A stretch of 64,000 nt of DNA from Octopus sinensis (GCF_006345805.1 NC_042999.1:85312001-85376000); one strand, 5' to 3'. Positions 44,743-63,270 are shown, counted from the first letter of the stretch. Notes: generated by a model from the sequence alone, not told the origin. Numbers and translations: made by a program.

Positions 44743-47544
44743 ACACACATGTGTACAGAATACAAATGAAATCTGGAGTCAAATGGGTAGTTTTACGAGT
44801 CCAACACTTGTTTCTATATATATATTCGATTGCAGATGCACTGATAATGTTAAGTTGGCTTATCATTTCAGAGCAGCGCAAAATTTGTTCTTACTAACTA
44901 GCTGAAGATTGAAACAGCGGGAACCTTTGTCCGTGGGCGCGAAATTTGAAATCATTGGAGAATAATTTTGCCGTTAAAACTACAACTTAACAAATATTCC
45001 ACTCTGCTATACCTATTGAGTGCCTTTTCTTCGCTTTTGATAACACTTAATATTTACTATACAAAAGCTTCTTTATTATATTGCGGAGCAAACTTCACTC
45101 CCGATAACAATAGTTTCAAAACGAGGGTCTTTATAAGTTAACCTATTTGACAGAGAACATCCAAATTCCATCTCAGTTCGCGGTGATAAGGTTAATGGAA
45201 TAATTATATGTTGTGAATCGTATGAAGTGAAATGCCTTTTCAAGTAATTCACATATCAATGACTGACAACATGCATATAAAAACACGTATCTGTGCGCCG
45301 TAAATAATTATTCTGTAACCTTTTGTACATCTGAGACTGTTAGGTATATTGAGTATGATTAAATTCATCAGTGGATGCCATGACACCTTCAAATCAAACC
45401 TATGTCTGGTATTCAGAATATTAAGAAATCAAAAACATTTATATATTCTGATAAAACAAATATCTTTTTGAAGTTGAAAAAAAAAACAGTTTCTGTGTAA
45501 TATTATCAACCAAAGTTATAGAAATAACAAAGTCACATCTATATAGAAATGGAGAAAGCTGATTATTAATTAGGTGAATTTTTTTTTTATAAATCTAGAA
45601 TTTTTTTTTATAAATTCAAGTTCCAAGAAATTTCCTGTAATTTCGATTTCTGAAATAAATTGATAATTTGAAATACAAGTTCTTCACAAATTTAAATATC
45701 CGTTGCATTCACTGCTGAGGGGATTTAATAAACAATATTAATTCGTTACAGGCGAAATTTTCCGTTTTCATTTGCAACAGTCTCTCATTCTCTTTCACCT
45801 CCATTTCCATTAATGATAATTTGATATATATTCATTTCAATGTTTTCATTTCAAGTTTTATTTCGCTATTTTCAAAACCCACAGTTTACTCGATATTACG
45901 TAACCTTAAAAAAATTATTTATTGAATGAATGAATGCTATTACACAAAATAGCTGTATAACTTTGATGTTTATTTTTATAAAATGAACATTTTTTTGATA
46001 TACCGGTATAATTTGTTTTCAAATTAAGAAGTGATTTTATTGGTATGGCTGTTTGAAACGCAATAATCCTTACAATAATAACTATATGATCGCTGCTAGC
46101 ATACCAAACGTATATATTACTGAAAGAAATATTTACTAAGCAAGTGAGATTTTTTATAAACTGAAGTTTTCAGAAAAGCTTACTTTCTGAATTTCCTTTT
46201 ATTATTAAATATTTCAAGTTCACAAATTTAAATATTCGGTACAAGATAGTTTTTAACGAACTTTATGTGATTTTTCATTTCCTTTTTATTTCATTCCTTT
46301 TTTGCAATGTTCTTTCTCCCCCTCGCTCTCTCTCTCTCTCACACACAAACACAGACACACACACACGCACGCACACATACACACACTGTCTCTCTGATAT
46401 ACACGCACACAATGTCTCTGTAATATAAGCACACACACACACTCCAGGTTTGAGTAGCAAAAAACCGCCCGGAGGACAGTGTTTCTGCTAGTATTTATAA
46501 CAATATAGATAATAAGACAAACTTGTAGATTAAACATTAAAATCTACTAAACTGTATATCATTCTCAAAACCCATCAAAGAAGTTTCGATTGTAAATGTC
46601 CTAAGAATAGGTTCAGAATAATAAATTGAATTCTAGTTTTCTTTTTTAATCTGTAATAACAGATACTAGGACCATTCTCAGTTTCTGTCAAGTGTTATCT
46701 TCACCTATATACGCAGTCCTGATCATGATTTTGTATGTGTGTGTGTATATGTGTGTTGGAGGGGGAGACTAGCAGTTGCCCAGGAATGCAAATCTCCTCT
46801 CTCCACACCATCAGTTTTCTTTAAGAGAAGGTGGGGTTCTGAAAGATACCAATGTCATCGCTGACGTTGCCTTCAGAATGCAAAGAGCCAGTACAAATAC
46901 CATTTGATATACCGTTTAACACTGTAGCAGTTCCTCAAATCCAACGCCCTTACATTGTACTTTTTTATTAACTCCAAAAGATTAATCTGACCTGGGCAGA
47001 GTTTGAACTAGGGACGCAAATATATGAAACAAATACCACGGAGCATATACAACGATCTAATCATTCAGCCAATTTGCCGCCAAGAGTTACCGGTAAAATA
47101 AACTACTAATCTCCGTCAAAGCAACAAAAGTAATAATTAGCTGGGTTTTAAAATAGCAGTAATAATTTAACCGCTCATCCCGAAATTGTTACTCACTTGT
47201 ATTCAAGAATTCGGCAACACATATAATACCATAAATAACAATGGTGCGTAAATTATTATTGATGCCACGAAAACTTTACTTTTCAACAAAAAGTTTGCCT
47301 GATAGAAAAATAAAAGAAATAGATCTCCGAATTCATTCGATATCAGGATAATAGAAGCGTTCGATGGTGCATGGATATGCGATCAAGAGCGAAGGCCTAT
47401 ACATAAAAAAAGTTGGTTCTATTAAGCATGACAACAACCATACAATTAGATAAACTTTGAAAATAATTAACCAATTACTACAATAATTTCGGACATAAAG
47501 TAGCAATTTACATAATTCTAAGCATAGGAAATTTTTGAGATCCA

Positions 47545-47865
47545 ACATTCGGTCCAATTACAGATACCACCCTAAGCTGTTTTCCTCTGCTTTGATACAG
47601 TCTTGGCAACTGATCAAATCTCTCCCACCCTTTCTTCTGGACAAGTAAAGCCTATCGATGTCACTTTTAGTGTGGAAGGTCTTGGTATCCATTTTCTTCA
47701 CTTCAGCCATTTTATAATTCTTGCTCCATACCGAAGTGATGCAATCACCCACACATTAACTGCTTGGATTTTATTCCATCCAGTCAATTTTGAGCGCAAC
47801 ACCAACCTATCTTCAGAAATACTCGATATTCAGTTGCTCTTTCATTTCCTTTTCCATTATCTCGT
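47545..47865 (-). mobile_element. RLE-type LINE (R4/Dong-like) RT-thumb fragment
   Basis: KLTGWNKIQAVNVWVIASLRYGARIIKW; HTKSDIDRLYLSRRKGGRDLISCQDCIKAEENSLGWY. Confidence 0.8.
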
Positions 47866-47869
47866 TGAA

Positions 47870-48770
47870 GGTGGTGAGCTGGTATAATCGTTTCCACACC
47901 AAGTAAGATTCTTAGCGGTATTTTCTCCGTCTTTACGTTCTGAGTTCAAATTTCGCCGAGGTCGACTTTACCTTTCATCTTTTCGGGATCGATAAAATAA
48001 GTACCATCTGTGTACTGAGGTCGATGTAATCGTCTATCTCCTACCCCAAATTTCAGGCCTTGTGCCTATAGTAAAAAGGATTATCATTTTCATTATCATT
48101 ATTAAGGCAGTGAGTTGGCAGAATCGTTAGCACGCCGGCCGAAATGCTTAGCTGTATTTCGTCTGCTACTACATTCTGAGTTCAAAATTCCGCCGAGATC
48201 GACTTTCCCATTCATACTTCGGGGTTGATAAATTAAGAACCAGTCAAGTGATGGGGTTAATATAATTGACTATCCCCCTTCCCACAAATTCCAGGCCTTG
48301 TGCCTATAGTAGAAAGGATTATTTTTATTATTGTTGTTGTTGTTGTTGTTGTTATTTTCACTATCATCTTCTTTCAATTCTGTTTCTATTTCTTGCCGAA
48401 TGTCTTCCTGACATCTAGGTCAAAGAAACTTACTGTATACATCGGTAGGCCACTAAAATAAACACCTGAATAATGATAATAATACTTTTTACTATAGGCA
48501 CAAGGCCTGGAAACCATTATAATTTGAAACCATTATTATCATTATTATCAAGGCGGAACGCCGGACGAAATACTTAGCAGCATTTAGTCCGTCCTAAGTT
48601 CTGAGTTCAAATTCCTCTGTGGCCGACTTTGACTTTCATCCTTTCGGGATCGATGAAATAAGTACCAGTTACACACTGAGGTCGATGTATTCGACTCATC
48701 CCTCCCCTAAAATAACAGGCCCTGTGCCTATAATAAAACTGATTATTATCATCATCATCAACAGCATTAT
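47870..48770 (+). mobile_element. Stack of three family-1-related SINEs (~47870-48100, ~48105-48330, ~48550-48770) plus an inverted tail stub near 48485
   Basis: Repeated gagttcaaatt...gactt...ttcatc.tt.cggg..gataaa...ggccttgtgcctatagta motifs with (ATT)-type tails. Confidence 0.85.
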
Positions 48771-48900
48771 TGTTGTTGTTGTTGTTGTTCATTGTGTGTG
48801 TACGTTTGTATTTCTCTTTTTTTTTATTTTACTCAATTTTAGAAAAGTTGAAGCATCTCTTTGATAATTCTGGACCGTATTGAACTTATAGTTATAGACA

Positions 48901-48990
48901 GAGACAAAAGAGGACAACGACCGGCACACTGTTGTATCAAGTCATGAGACAAAAGAGGACAACGACCGGCACACTGTTGTATTAAGTCAT
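48901..48990. repeat. 45-bp tandem repeat x2
   Basis: gagacaaaagaggacaacgaccggcacactgttgtat(c/t)aagtcat twice, 1 mismatch. Confidence 0.95.
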
Positions 48991-49634
48991 GAGAAATCAT
49001 GTGTTGAATGCGTAACAGCTGAACTACGTAAGCTGTGTATTGTACAAGAAGTGGCATTGTAGCATACTCTTTACTCTTTTACTCTTTTATGCTATAATGT
49101 ATTATGTTGCCAGATATTAGGTGTTGCATTAAAACACTTGATTTTCGCGTGCTACTTCTCTTATAACCTAGATTTTTACATATACCACCCTCATCTCGTA
49201 ACTCGTATGCAAGTCACCCTATCTCAATCTATAATTCTATAGATATCTATATCAGCCATTTTGTTCTTGTTCCGTGTGTGGGGGGGTGTCTGTCTGTCTG
49301 TCTGTGTGCGCGCAAGCGTGTGCGTGTGTGCGTATGTAATTACCTACACATCTACAAATTTACCTATCTATCTCATCGATCGTCTGCTATCTGTCTACCA
49401 ATCTGTTTTCGATCAAATCTACCCGCCTATCTGTCCATCTGCCATTCAATCTACCTGTCTATCTATGCATCAACCTTTCAATCTATCTGCTTTCCTTCCT
49501 ACCTTCATTATCCAAACTTGCTTATCTATCAAGCCATCAATCTACTCAACATTTCTAGCTACCTGCCTCGTCGACTACTTAGCTCTCTATCCATCAACCT
49601 ACATATCTACTTATATATTCATCTACGAATAATA

Positions 49635-49700
49635 ATATATTAAAGCGAACAGAAGTACAAATAAACAGGTTTATTTATACTGCTGTTCGCTTTAATATAT
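49635..49700. repeat. Short imperfect palindrome (18-bp perfect outer arms)
   Basis: atatattaaagcgaacag ... ctgttcgctttaatatat, with inner aaataaac/gtttattt. Confidence 0.85.
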
Positions 49701-49735
49701 CATTATTTTGATGTTATTTTTTATCACTCTTTTTA

Positions 49736-49975
49736 CAAGGTGCGTTCAAAAAGTATCCAATTTTATTTTTTCCCACCAAAACTAATACCGCATGTTCAAA
49801 ATCCTTTGGAGGAAAGCTAACACCACTCTGCGTATGCGTGAAAATTTTCACACCGGCAGGCCGCGTCAGTTCCCAGCTGTTACACCTAGAGTACAAGCGT
49901 TTAGTACGCGCTAGCTGTATTTTCATTTTCAAACATAATGACCAAACACATTGAGTAGAGACTATACACCCATGT
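49736..49975 (+). mobile_element. mariner-like left end
   Basis: TA-CAAGGTGCGTTCAAAAAGTATCC terminus; transposase-start-like MTKHIE near 49937. Confidence 0.5.
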
Positions 49976-50039
49976 CTCATTACCAGTGGTGATGGTTTTC
50001 ATGAAGTCTGGGCTGTGGTTTGCACAGTCCCACATGTCC

Positions 50040-50170
50040 TGAGCGACTTTGCCTTTCATCATATAGGGTTCGATAAAATAAGCGCCAATTAAGTACGGAG
50101 TCGATGTAATCGACTAGTCCCACTGCCCCAAATTTCAGACTTTGTGCCAATAGTAGGAAGGATTATTACA
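50040..50170 (+). mobile_element. Partial family-1-related SINE
   Basis: gactttgcctttcatc...gtcgatgtaatcgact...tttgtgccaatagtagg. Confidence 0.7.
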
Positions 50171-50547
50171 ACATATAGGAGGTGGTTGGGGTTCGCTCTT
50201 CTGTTGCAATTTTATAGGATGCAGTTGTGCATCGTTAACCAGCTAGAGGAGATGTCCTCTTGGGGTTAAAAATCGTAGTAGAGTCCGCTCGAAAGGACAG
50301 CCATGTTAAAGTAGCTACGAATATTATATATAAATATATATATAAAGAGAGGAGGTATAAGATGAATAAATTTATTTCACCAGTAGACATCCATGTAACG
50401 ACGAACGTTTCGCAACCTTTATCATATAAAAACAATTTATTTTAGTGTGCAATAATAAATTATTTTACATGCCTGTATTACTTTATATAATAGAAATTAT
50501 ATAATAGTTGTATAATTTATAAATTAATACAGGTTTATATGTATATA

Positions 50548-50875
50548 TTGGGTTGGCAACTAAGTTCCTGCCGTTTTTTCTTTTAATTTAATTTTTTAAA
50601 AGGTTTAATAAAAAAAAATAACATCTAATTAATCAATAATGTATTCACCCTTGTTGTTTACAACTTCTTCCCAACGTTCAACAAGATTTTCAATACCTCG
50701 TTGGTAGAAATCACCCGATTTCGACTCGAAAAATTGATCCAACCAAGCTCTAAATTCTGCATCAGTACTGAACGAAACTCTGCGCATAGCATTTGAAAGA
50801 GATCGAAAGAGATGGAAATCCGTTGGAGCCAAATCACGAGAGCACTTCCCAACCATGCGTTTGGTCATATTGGCG
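50548..50875 (-). mobile_element. mariner transposase C-terminus and right TIR
   Basis: SRDLAPTDFHLFRSLSN...FYQRGIENLVERWEEVVNNKGEYI*; TA-TTGGGTTGGCAACTAAGTT terminus at 50548. Confidence 0.88.
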
Positions 50876-51059
50876 ATACATATATATATATAAGCAGCTC
50901 TGTAGGCGACTCGTCAAACTCAAATGGCTGCAGGCACATAACCTCTCTACAACTGGAGATATATATATATTATAAGTGCGAAGACAATGGTCACTCTCTG
51001 ACAAGCCATAACAAAAATAGCTTCTAAATACAGACGGACAGACAAACAGACGGGCGGAC

Positions 51060-51083
51060 AGAGAGACAGACAGACAGATAGAC

Positions 51084-51169
<86 letters not shown>

Positions 51170-51244
51170 GTAGATAGACAGATAGACAGACAGATATATA
51201 GACAGACAGACAGACAGACAGCAGACAGACAGATAGATAGATAG

Positions 51245-51315
<71 letters not shown>
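51060..51315. repeat. (GACA)n/(GATA)n microsatellite
   Basis: Direct reading. Confidence 0.95.
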
Positions 51316-51316
<1 letters not shown>

Positions 51317-51609
51317 CATAAAAAATAATACAATATATTACATTTTATATTACAATTTTCTTTACTCTTTCCTCTTTTTTATAAATGTTTGTGAAACTAC
51401 GTGAATCCATCAGATTTTGCCCAACTTATTTCTTTAAGGAAAATGTATGCAAAACGTATTACAAAATCTGTGTGACAAATCTGTAGATAATAAAAATACG
51501 CACGACCCCAATCTCTCTTGTATACTTTTTGTGCAGTACACAAGAGAAATTGGGGTCGTATGTATCGCCTGCCCCACCTTGTTTCTGTGTAATTGTTTCT
51601 TTGTTAGTA

Positions 51610-52020
51610 CCTCATCCTTTTGTCGGTTCCTCTGATGACTGGCAAGGCCGATTTTTACGTAAAACAATTAATTGGCACAGAGGTCACATCTAAAACTCGG
51701 TAGAAGCTTTGGTTCGAGTTGGTAGATCTTTCGTAGAATCCGTTTATCTCCTTCATTTCTTCGGCGATGTATTTCAAAGTTTTCTTCACTAATTTTGATG
51801 ACACGATGCCATGTTCTATCTCCTGCATATTGATTTCAGAATTAAGGGTCAATGTCTGTTTCAGTCGATCATTGTAGCGTCGTTTGGGGCAGGTACGTGA
51901 TTTCAAACCGGTGTCGAGTTCGCTGAAGAGGATTTCATTTGGTGCATGATGCTCTTCATACACCAGACATGACTTTCCCATCTGAAGCAATGTTTGATGA
52001 TGATGCTCTGGGTGCCCATT
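51610..52020 (-). mobile_element. RTE-clade LINE 3' fragment
   Basis: PNEILFSELDTGLKSRTCPKRRYNDRLKQTL; terminal finger CDLC...KIGLASHQR. Confidence 0.75.
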
Positions 52021-52226
52021 CAAGTACTACAAGGTAGTTAACATTTAGGCCCATTCAAGTACTACAAGGTAGTTAACACAGTCAGCCTATTTGATGCTCA
52101 TGTGTAAATGTCAAATATTACATTGAATATATAAAAGAAACTATTCTTCGATTAAAGCAATAAAAATTCAGACACCGCAAATATATTATTTTATCCAAAT
52201 TTATTCACTGATGATTGCAATATAAC

Positions 52227-52313
<87 letters not shown>

Positions 52314-52475
52314 CAATTATATACAAGAGACATCTTAATTTACTATTTTAGCCACAGGCGTTGATTTTGTTTAACTGACACTATGAGAATATTCCTTTCA
52401 TATATGTTATTAATTTACGCATGGAGTGATCCTAACTCCGAGTACAAAATGGATCATCTATAAATAATTCAAAAA

Positions 52476-57390
<4,915 letters not shown>

Positions 57391-57632
57391 CTGAAATTTG
57401 ATATAAAACCTTTAATATTTATACTTTAATAATAAAAAAAGGTGCATATTAATTAGTTTAATTTATGAACGTGTTACAAAAAAAATGCAATGATTAAAAT
57501 CTAAAATGTTAAGAGAATTCTAATAAGTTCCGAATTTAATATATATTCATCTAAATGAGATTTCCATGTCTCATTTATTATTAAAGACACAAGCACACGC
57601 TTCAATCACAAAGCTAATTTTTATTCACTGTG

Positions 57633-57685
<53 letters not shown>

Positions 57686-57714
57686 GTACAGGCGCCTTCA
57701 AGTGGTGCTTGTAC

Positions 57715-57970
57715 AACCACAGGTCTTCTTCTTGAAAGACAATTCGTCACGTCCCTGGCAAGCAACGTGTGGCACCTTAAAGATGAAGGAACCCCATACG
57801 ATATTAAGTGGAGGATCATAGAGCGGCTGGGATCCTATATCAAGAAGAGCAGATGCTGCAAACTTTGCATAGCGGAGCTAGCAAGGATCCTCAAAGACAC
57901 TCGCTATTCAGAATTACTATTAAATTCCGGACATGAAATTTATAGCCCCTACCTCCATTTCAAACGCTAA
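57715..57970 (+). mobile_element. Penelope-like GIY-YIG C-terminal fragment (same type as 42.9-43.8 kb)
   Basis: TSLASNVWHLKDEGTPYDIKWRII...CKLCIAE...LLNSGHEI. Confidence 0.75.
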
Positions 57971-58322
57971 TTGTTGCAAGGATGGGATACCCAATTCATC
58001 GATCAGAACAGTAAAATCTCCTTACGGGCTAGAAGCAACCTAAGTGCGGAGGTTCCCCATTCGCCATTTTAGCCCGTATGGACTGCCATCTGAACTGAAC
58101 TAAGAGATATAACTTGCCCTAGCCGACCCAAAATGGTTGGTCTTTGTGCACTAATTATGTGTGTGTGCGCGCGCGCGTGTTGTGCATAAATGTACAATAT
58201 ATAGGAAGGATCTGAGGGAATAATTCCAAGGTAGCCAAATGTTGCTTAAGTATCCTAAGAAACAATGGACACACTTGTGTGGGATTTGAATCCGGGGACA
58301 AGCAAGACGTATTTAGGAGAAA

Positions 58323-58700
58323 ATAGGAAAAATAAATAAAGGAGACAAACGCTCAAGAAGTTATTAAATCATTTATATCTTCATATCTTCTACACATGTT
58401 TCGATGGATACATCCAAAATACGTCCGACTGGATGAATAATGGTCAGCTATGCATCAATCTCTTCAGGGAGAATATAAATAACAGTTCTCATCAAATAGA
58501 CATTTTAACGGATATATCTGTTAAAATGTCTAATTGATGAGCACTGATATTTATATCCTTCCTGAAGAGATTGATACGTAGCTGACCATTATTCATCTTA
58601 TCGGACGTATTTTGGATGCATCCATCGAAACATGTGTAGAAGATATGACGATATAAATGATTAATAACATCTTGAGCGTTTGTCTCCTTTTTCTATTTTT

Positions 58701-58705
<5 letters not shown>
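58323..58705. repeat. ~383-bp spacer-less quasi-palindrome made of two head-to-head pLTR-like arms
   Basis: Centre gatatatc (58511-58518); arms pair out to ataggaaaaata/tatttttcctat with scattered mismatches (roughly 90% by eye). Confidence 0.92.
58553..58646 (+). ncRNA. Type I hammerhead motif in the right arm
   Basis: ATATCCTTC-CTGAAGA-GAT...ATC-GAA-AC atgt GT-A-GAAGATAT; mirrored, weaker copy on the minus strand in the left arm. Confidence 0.6.
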
Positions 58706-58752
<47 letters not shown>

Positions 58753-59103
58753 GTGACAGTTATGATATTTAAACCTTTTATAGGGATATTTTATCTAAGA
58801 TACACTGGTTTAGTATATTGTATTTTGAAGAGATATTTCTTCAATGAATATACTATACAAAATGTCGTAAAATATCAAATATTATTATCGAGTTAGAAAA
58901 CAGAGAGATCTAATGGATACAAATTAATTTATTAATTGATTAACTTATTCACCAACAATTGTTTCATTTCACAAGCAAAATTAAAATTACAAAACATATA
59001 TAAATATATAATTTTGCATTTTAAATACCTTGAATGGAAAATCATCAGGATGCACAAAGGACAATGCAAGGATTACATTAAGATGCGATTGGAATACTCG
59101 GAT

Positions 59104-59580
59104 TATATAGCGGTGGTGTATTTCCCTTTACGGGACTGTCGCGTTATGTTGACATTATACAACCACTCTATCGCTCCGCTACCGCTCATGTCTCTTTGAG
59201 ACATTTAGAAATTCAATATTTCTAATTACGGTGACCAGTGAATAGATTTCACTGTAAATATATATATTTGCAAAGGCTTGGCAGGCATCTCAGCTAGCAG
59301 GACTCACTACCCTGGAATGATGACGGGCAAGACCCAGAAACATGCATGTCTTCAGGTTGCTAGTCCTAGATGGTGGGGGTACTTGCCTCCTCTTTGCAAA
59401 TATAAGGACACAGGAAATGTGTCAAAGCCGACAGGAAGCGTCGATGCTTCCTAGGGCTATATAGCGGTGGTGTAATTCCCTTTACGGGACTGTCACGTTT
59501 TGTTGACTTTATACAACCTCTTTATCGCTCCACCACCGCTCATGTCTCTTTGAGACATTTAGAAATTCAATATTTCTAAT
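59104..59580 (+). mobile_element. Retrozyme-like / pLTR tandem unit: 354-bp period, 123-bp direct repeats around one hammerhead
   Basis: Repeats 59104-59226 and 59458-59580; hammerhead at 59311-59356. Confidence 0.6.
59311..59356 (+). ncRNA. Type I hammerhead motif with C3>A substitution
   Basis: CCTGGA-ATGATGA-CGGG caaga CCCA-GAA-AC atgcat GT-C-TTCAGG; stem I extends with CTAGCA/TGCTAG and CATCT/AGATG. Confidence 0.6.
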
Positions 59581-59582
59581 AA

Positions 59583-59661
<79 letters not shown>

Positions 59662-59682
59662 TATATTTTATTATATAGAAGG

Positions 59683-59732
59683 AGCTTCTACAGGACTAGA
59701 ACTGTTTCATTCAGAGAAATCTTCAGGAAGCT
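59683..59732 (-). ncRNA. Hammerhead motif of the same family as the 16614-16740 palindrome arm
   Basis: AGCTTC-CTGAAGA-TTTC tct GAAT-GAA-ACAG ttctagtc CTGT-A-GAAGCT; 6-bp perfect stem I. Confidence 0.6.
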
Positions 59733-59929
59733 AGTTAACAAGAATTGTATTGGCATTTATACTTTAGGCAGGTTTAAAAGGGTGTGTGGTGGGGGACTTT
59801 TTTGGGGGTAGGCATAGCGCAAAATATCATAGTTGGGGGAGTGGTCAAGGAGTCAGTGGTAAATTAGATAAAAGAATAAAAAAATATATAAAAGGTAAAT
59901 AAGGAGATTCTCACTTATACCTATACACA

Positions 59930-60758
59930 TATGTATACATGTATATACACACACACACACATATACATACACACATACATACACACACACACATATATAT
60001 ATATATACACATACATATACATACATATACCTACACACACATATATATATATATATATATCTATATATATAGATAGATATATATATACATACACATACAC
60101 ATATGCATACACATATACACACATGTATATATACACACACGACCACACATACATATACACACAAAAAAATATATACATACACACACATACACATACACGC
60201 ATACACACACATATCCACATACACACATGCACACACAACACACATGCACACACAACGCACAAGTCCCTATATACACATATATACACATACACACATATAC
60301 ATATATATACATATATATATATATATACATATGTGTACCTATACATACCTACACATACACACATATACATACAAATACAGACCCATTCCCTAATTTTAAT
60401 TTTATTATCTTCATTTATTACTTTTGTTATCTTTGACCGCTGGTCACAAGCATCTTGGCTATGACAGCAAGTCCATTTATCTTTCTACTTGAAAACAAGC
60501 ACTCATTCACGCACGCACACTCATTAGCACGCACACTCACTCATTCGTACACTCATACACATACACGCACGCACGCGTTATATTCATACATACATACATC
60601 TACATACATTCATGGATATACACATACGTACGCGTACCTACAGATTCATGTCTACACTCTTAGAAGGCTAGTCTATACATATACACCAATAAATACATAT
60701 ACACCAATAAATATATATACACACATACATATACACCTACATACAAATACATACATAC

Positions 60759-60805
<47 letters not shown>

Positions 60806-61271
60806 CATACGTATACATACATACATACATCCATACATACATACATATATACACATACACACACCCACACGTATACATATACATACATATATATACGCGC
60901 ATGCATACACATACAAATACATACACATACACATATACATATACATACATATATATATATATATATATACACATACATACATATACATACATACATATAC
61001 AAATATACACACACACATACATACACATATACACATACACGCACATACACATGTACATGCGTACCCATACACACACACACGCGCGCGCATCCATATACAC
61101 ATAAGTACACACATGAGTAAAAGTATACATATATCTATGCTTACACATACACACACACACACGCGCCTCCTTATGTTCATACTTACATGCATACTCAAAA
61201 AATAAATAATAAATATTAAGTATATGTACGTGCAGTTACCTATTATACAGACGGATCATACATATAAAGTT

Positions 61272-61348
<77 letters not shown>

Positions 61349-61705
61349 CATACTTTACACATATGTACATATACATACACACATACATAACTCTACGTAC
61401 CTACATATACAGATCTCAGAACACTCCCCAAATGCATGCATAAGAATTATGCAAACTACAAGAACTATAGACCTACTACCCGGCAACCAGATTGATGACA
61501 CCCCCCCACCCACAAACCCCCCCAATCCCACCGTTCCCCTAGCACCCCCGATTACCTTTTTCTCCTAAGACCTTTCACATATTGTATGTGCACGCTTGTA
61601 TATGTGTATCGTATATATGTATAGAAATGTATGGGTATAGTAGGAATATACGCATGTATTATGTGTGGTGGTGTGTGTGTATGTATGTAAAAATATATAT
61701 ATATA

Positions 61706-61742
<37 letters not shown>

Positions 61743-62057
61743 ATATGTGTATATATGTGTGTATGCATATGTATGTGTATATGTATGTGTGTATGTATGT
61801 GTATGTATGTATAAAATATTATATAATTAGGGCTTAGTAAAATAAATTACTTTGCCACATACTGAACTTTCTAGAAATAGCAGCCAAAAAAGATTTTAGC
61901 CTCTTCCACTACTTAAAGAATATTTTCTCTCAGACATTGTTTACTCAAAAAAATAATGGTCCTTTACATACTGAATACTTGGTGAAATTGATTAATAACT
62001 AATTAACTTTACCCTCAATTGTTGATATATGTATATATGTATATATATATTATATAT

Positions 62058-62135
<78 letters not shown>

Positions 62136-62376
62136 CATGCTTGTATGTTTTGTCCCTCCGCTTTACCTCATGGTGCGATATGAACATTTAACGTGGTACT
62201 ATAATCAGTGTTTCGACGACTGCTTTTCGGCATGTTGGTGTCTTTTAGACCCCTCATTTTTATTGTTAAAAAATTTTTTTACGTTTTGTAAGGTATTTCT
62301 TTCATGCTGGCCACTTGATAATTTCGACACTTAAATATCGATATTATCCTCATATATAAATTTATATATCTATATA

Positions 62377-62442
<66 letters not shown>

Positions 62443-63270
62443 ATATATATATGTGTGTGTATGTTGTGTGTGTGTATATATGTATATATGTGTGTGTGTA
62501 TATATGTATTTATATATATGTATATATATATGTATATGTATGTGTGTGTGTATATGTATATATATATTATATATATAAGTGTACGCGAGTATGTCGATGT
62601 ATATGTAGGTATGTAGAGTTATGTGTATGTGCATGTATGTGTGTGTATATACAGATTGTAGATGGGTATATATATGTGTGTGTATATATACATATGTATA
62701 TGTATATGTATGTGTGTGTGTATGTATATATATATATGTATATGTATATGTGGGTATGTAGAGTTATACGTATGTGCATGTGTATATGTATGTATATATA
62801 TATATGTATGTGTATGTATATGTATGTATATATATGTGTGTGTGTGTGTGTATGTGTGTATATGTATGTATATATGTATATATGTGTATATGTGTAGGTG
62901 TGGGTATATATATATATATATGTGTGTGTGTATATGTATGTGTATGTATATATATATATGTATGTGTAAATGTATATGTATATATATGTATATATATATA
63001 TGTGTATGTGTGAATATATATATGTATACATATGTGTATGTATGTATGTATATATGTATGTATATATGTGTGTAAGTGTGTGTATATATGTATATGTAAG
63101 TGTGTGTGTGTGTATGAGTATGTATGTATGTTTGCACACATGTATATATGTATATATATATATATGTGTGTGTGTATATATATATGTATGTGTGTGTGTA
63201 TATATGTATGTGTGTGTATGTGTGTATATGTATATGTATGTGTATGTATGTATGTGTATGTATATATATA

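Noticed and set aside
48901-48990. 45-bp direct repeat as a CRISPR array
   Set aside because: Two adjacent copies with no spacer, no cas genes, eukaryotic context. The same applies to the 30-bp repeat at 52014-52078.
50275-50300. GAGTCC...GAAAGGAC resembling a classical hammerhead stem II
   Set aside because: Lacks CUGANGA before it and GAAAC after it.
59030-59070. Minus-strand HPDDF as the missing exon 1 of copy C
   Set aside because: Not followed by a TYP motif or a phase-1 donor.
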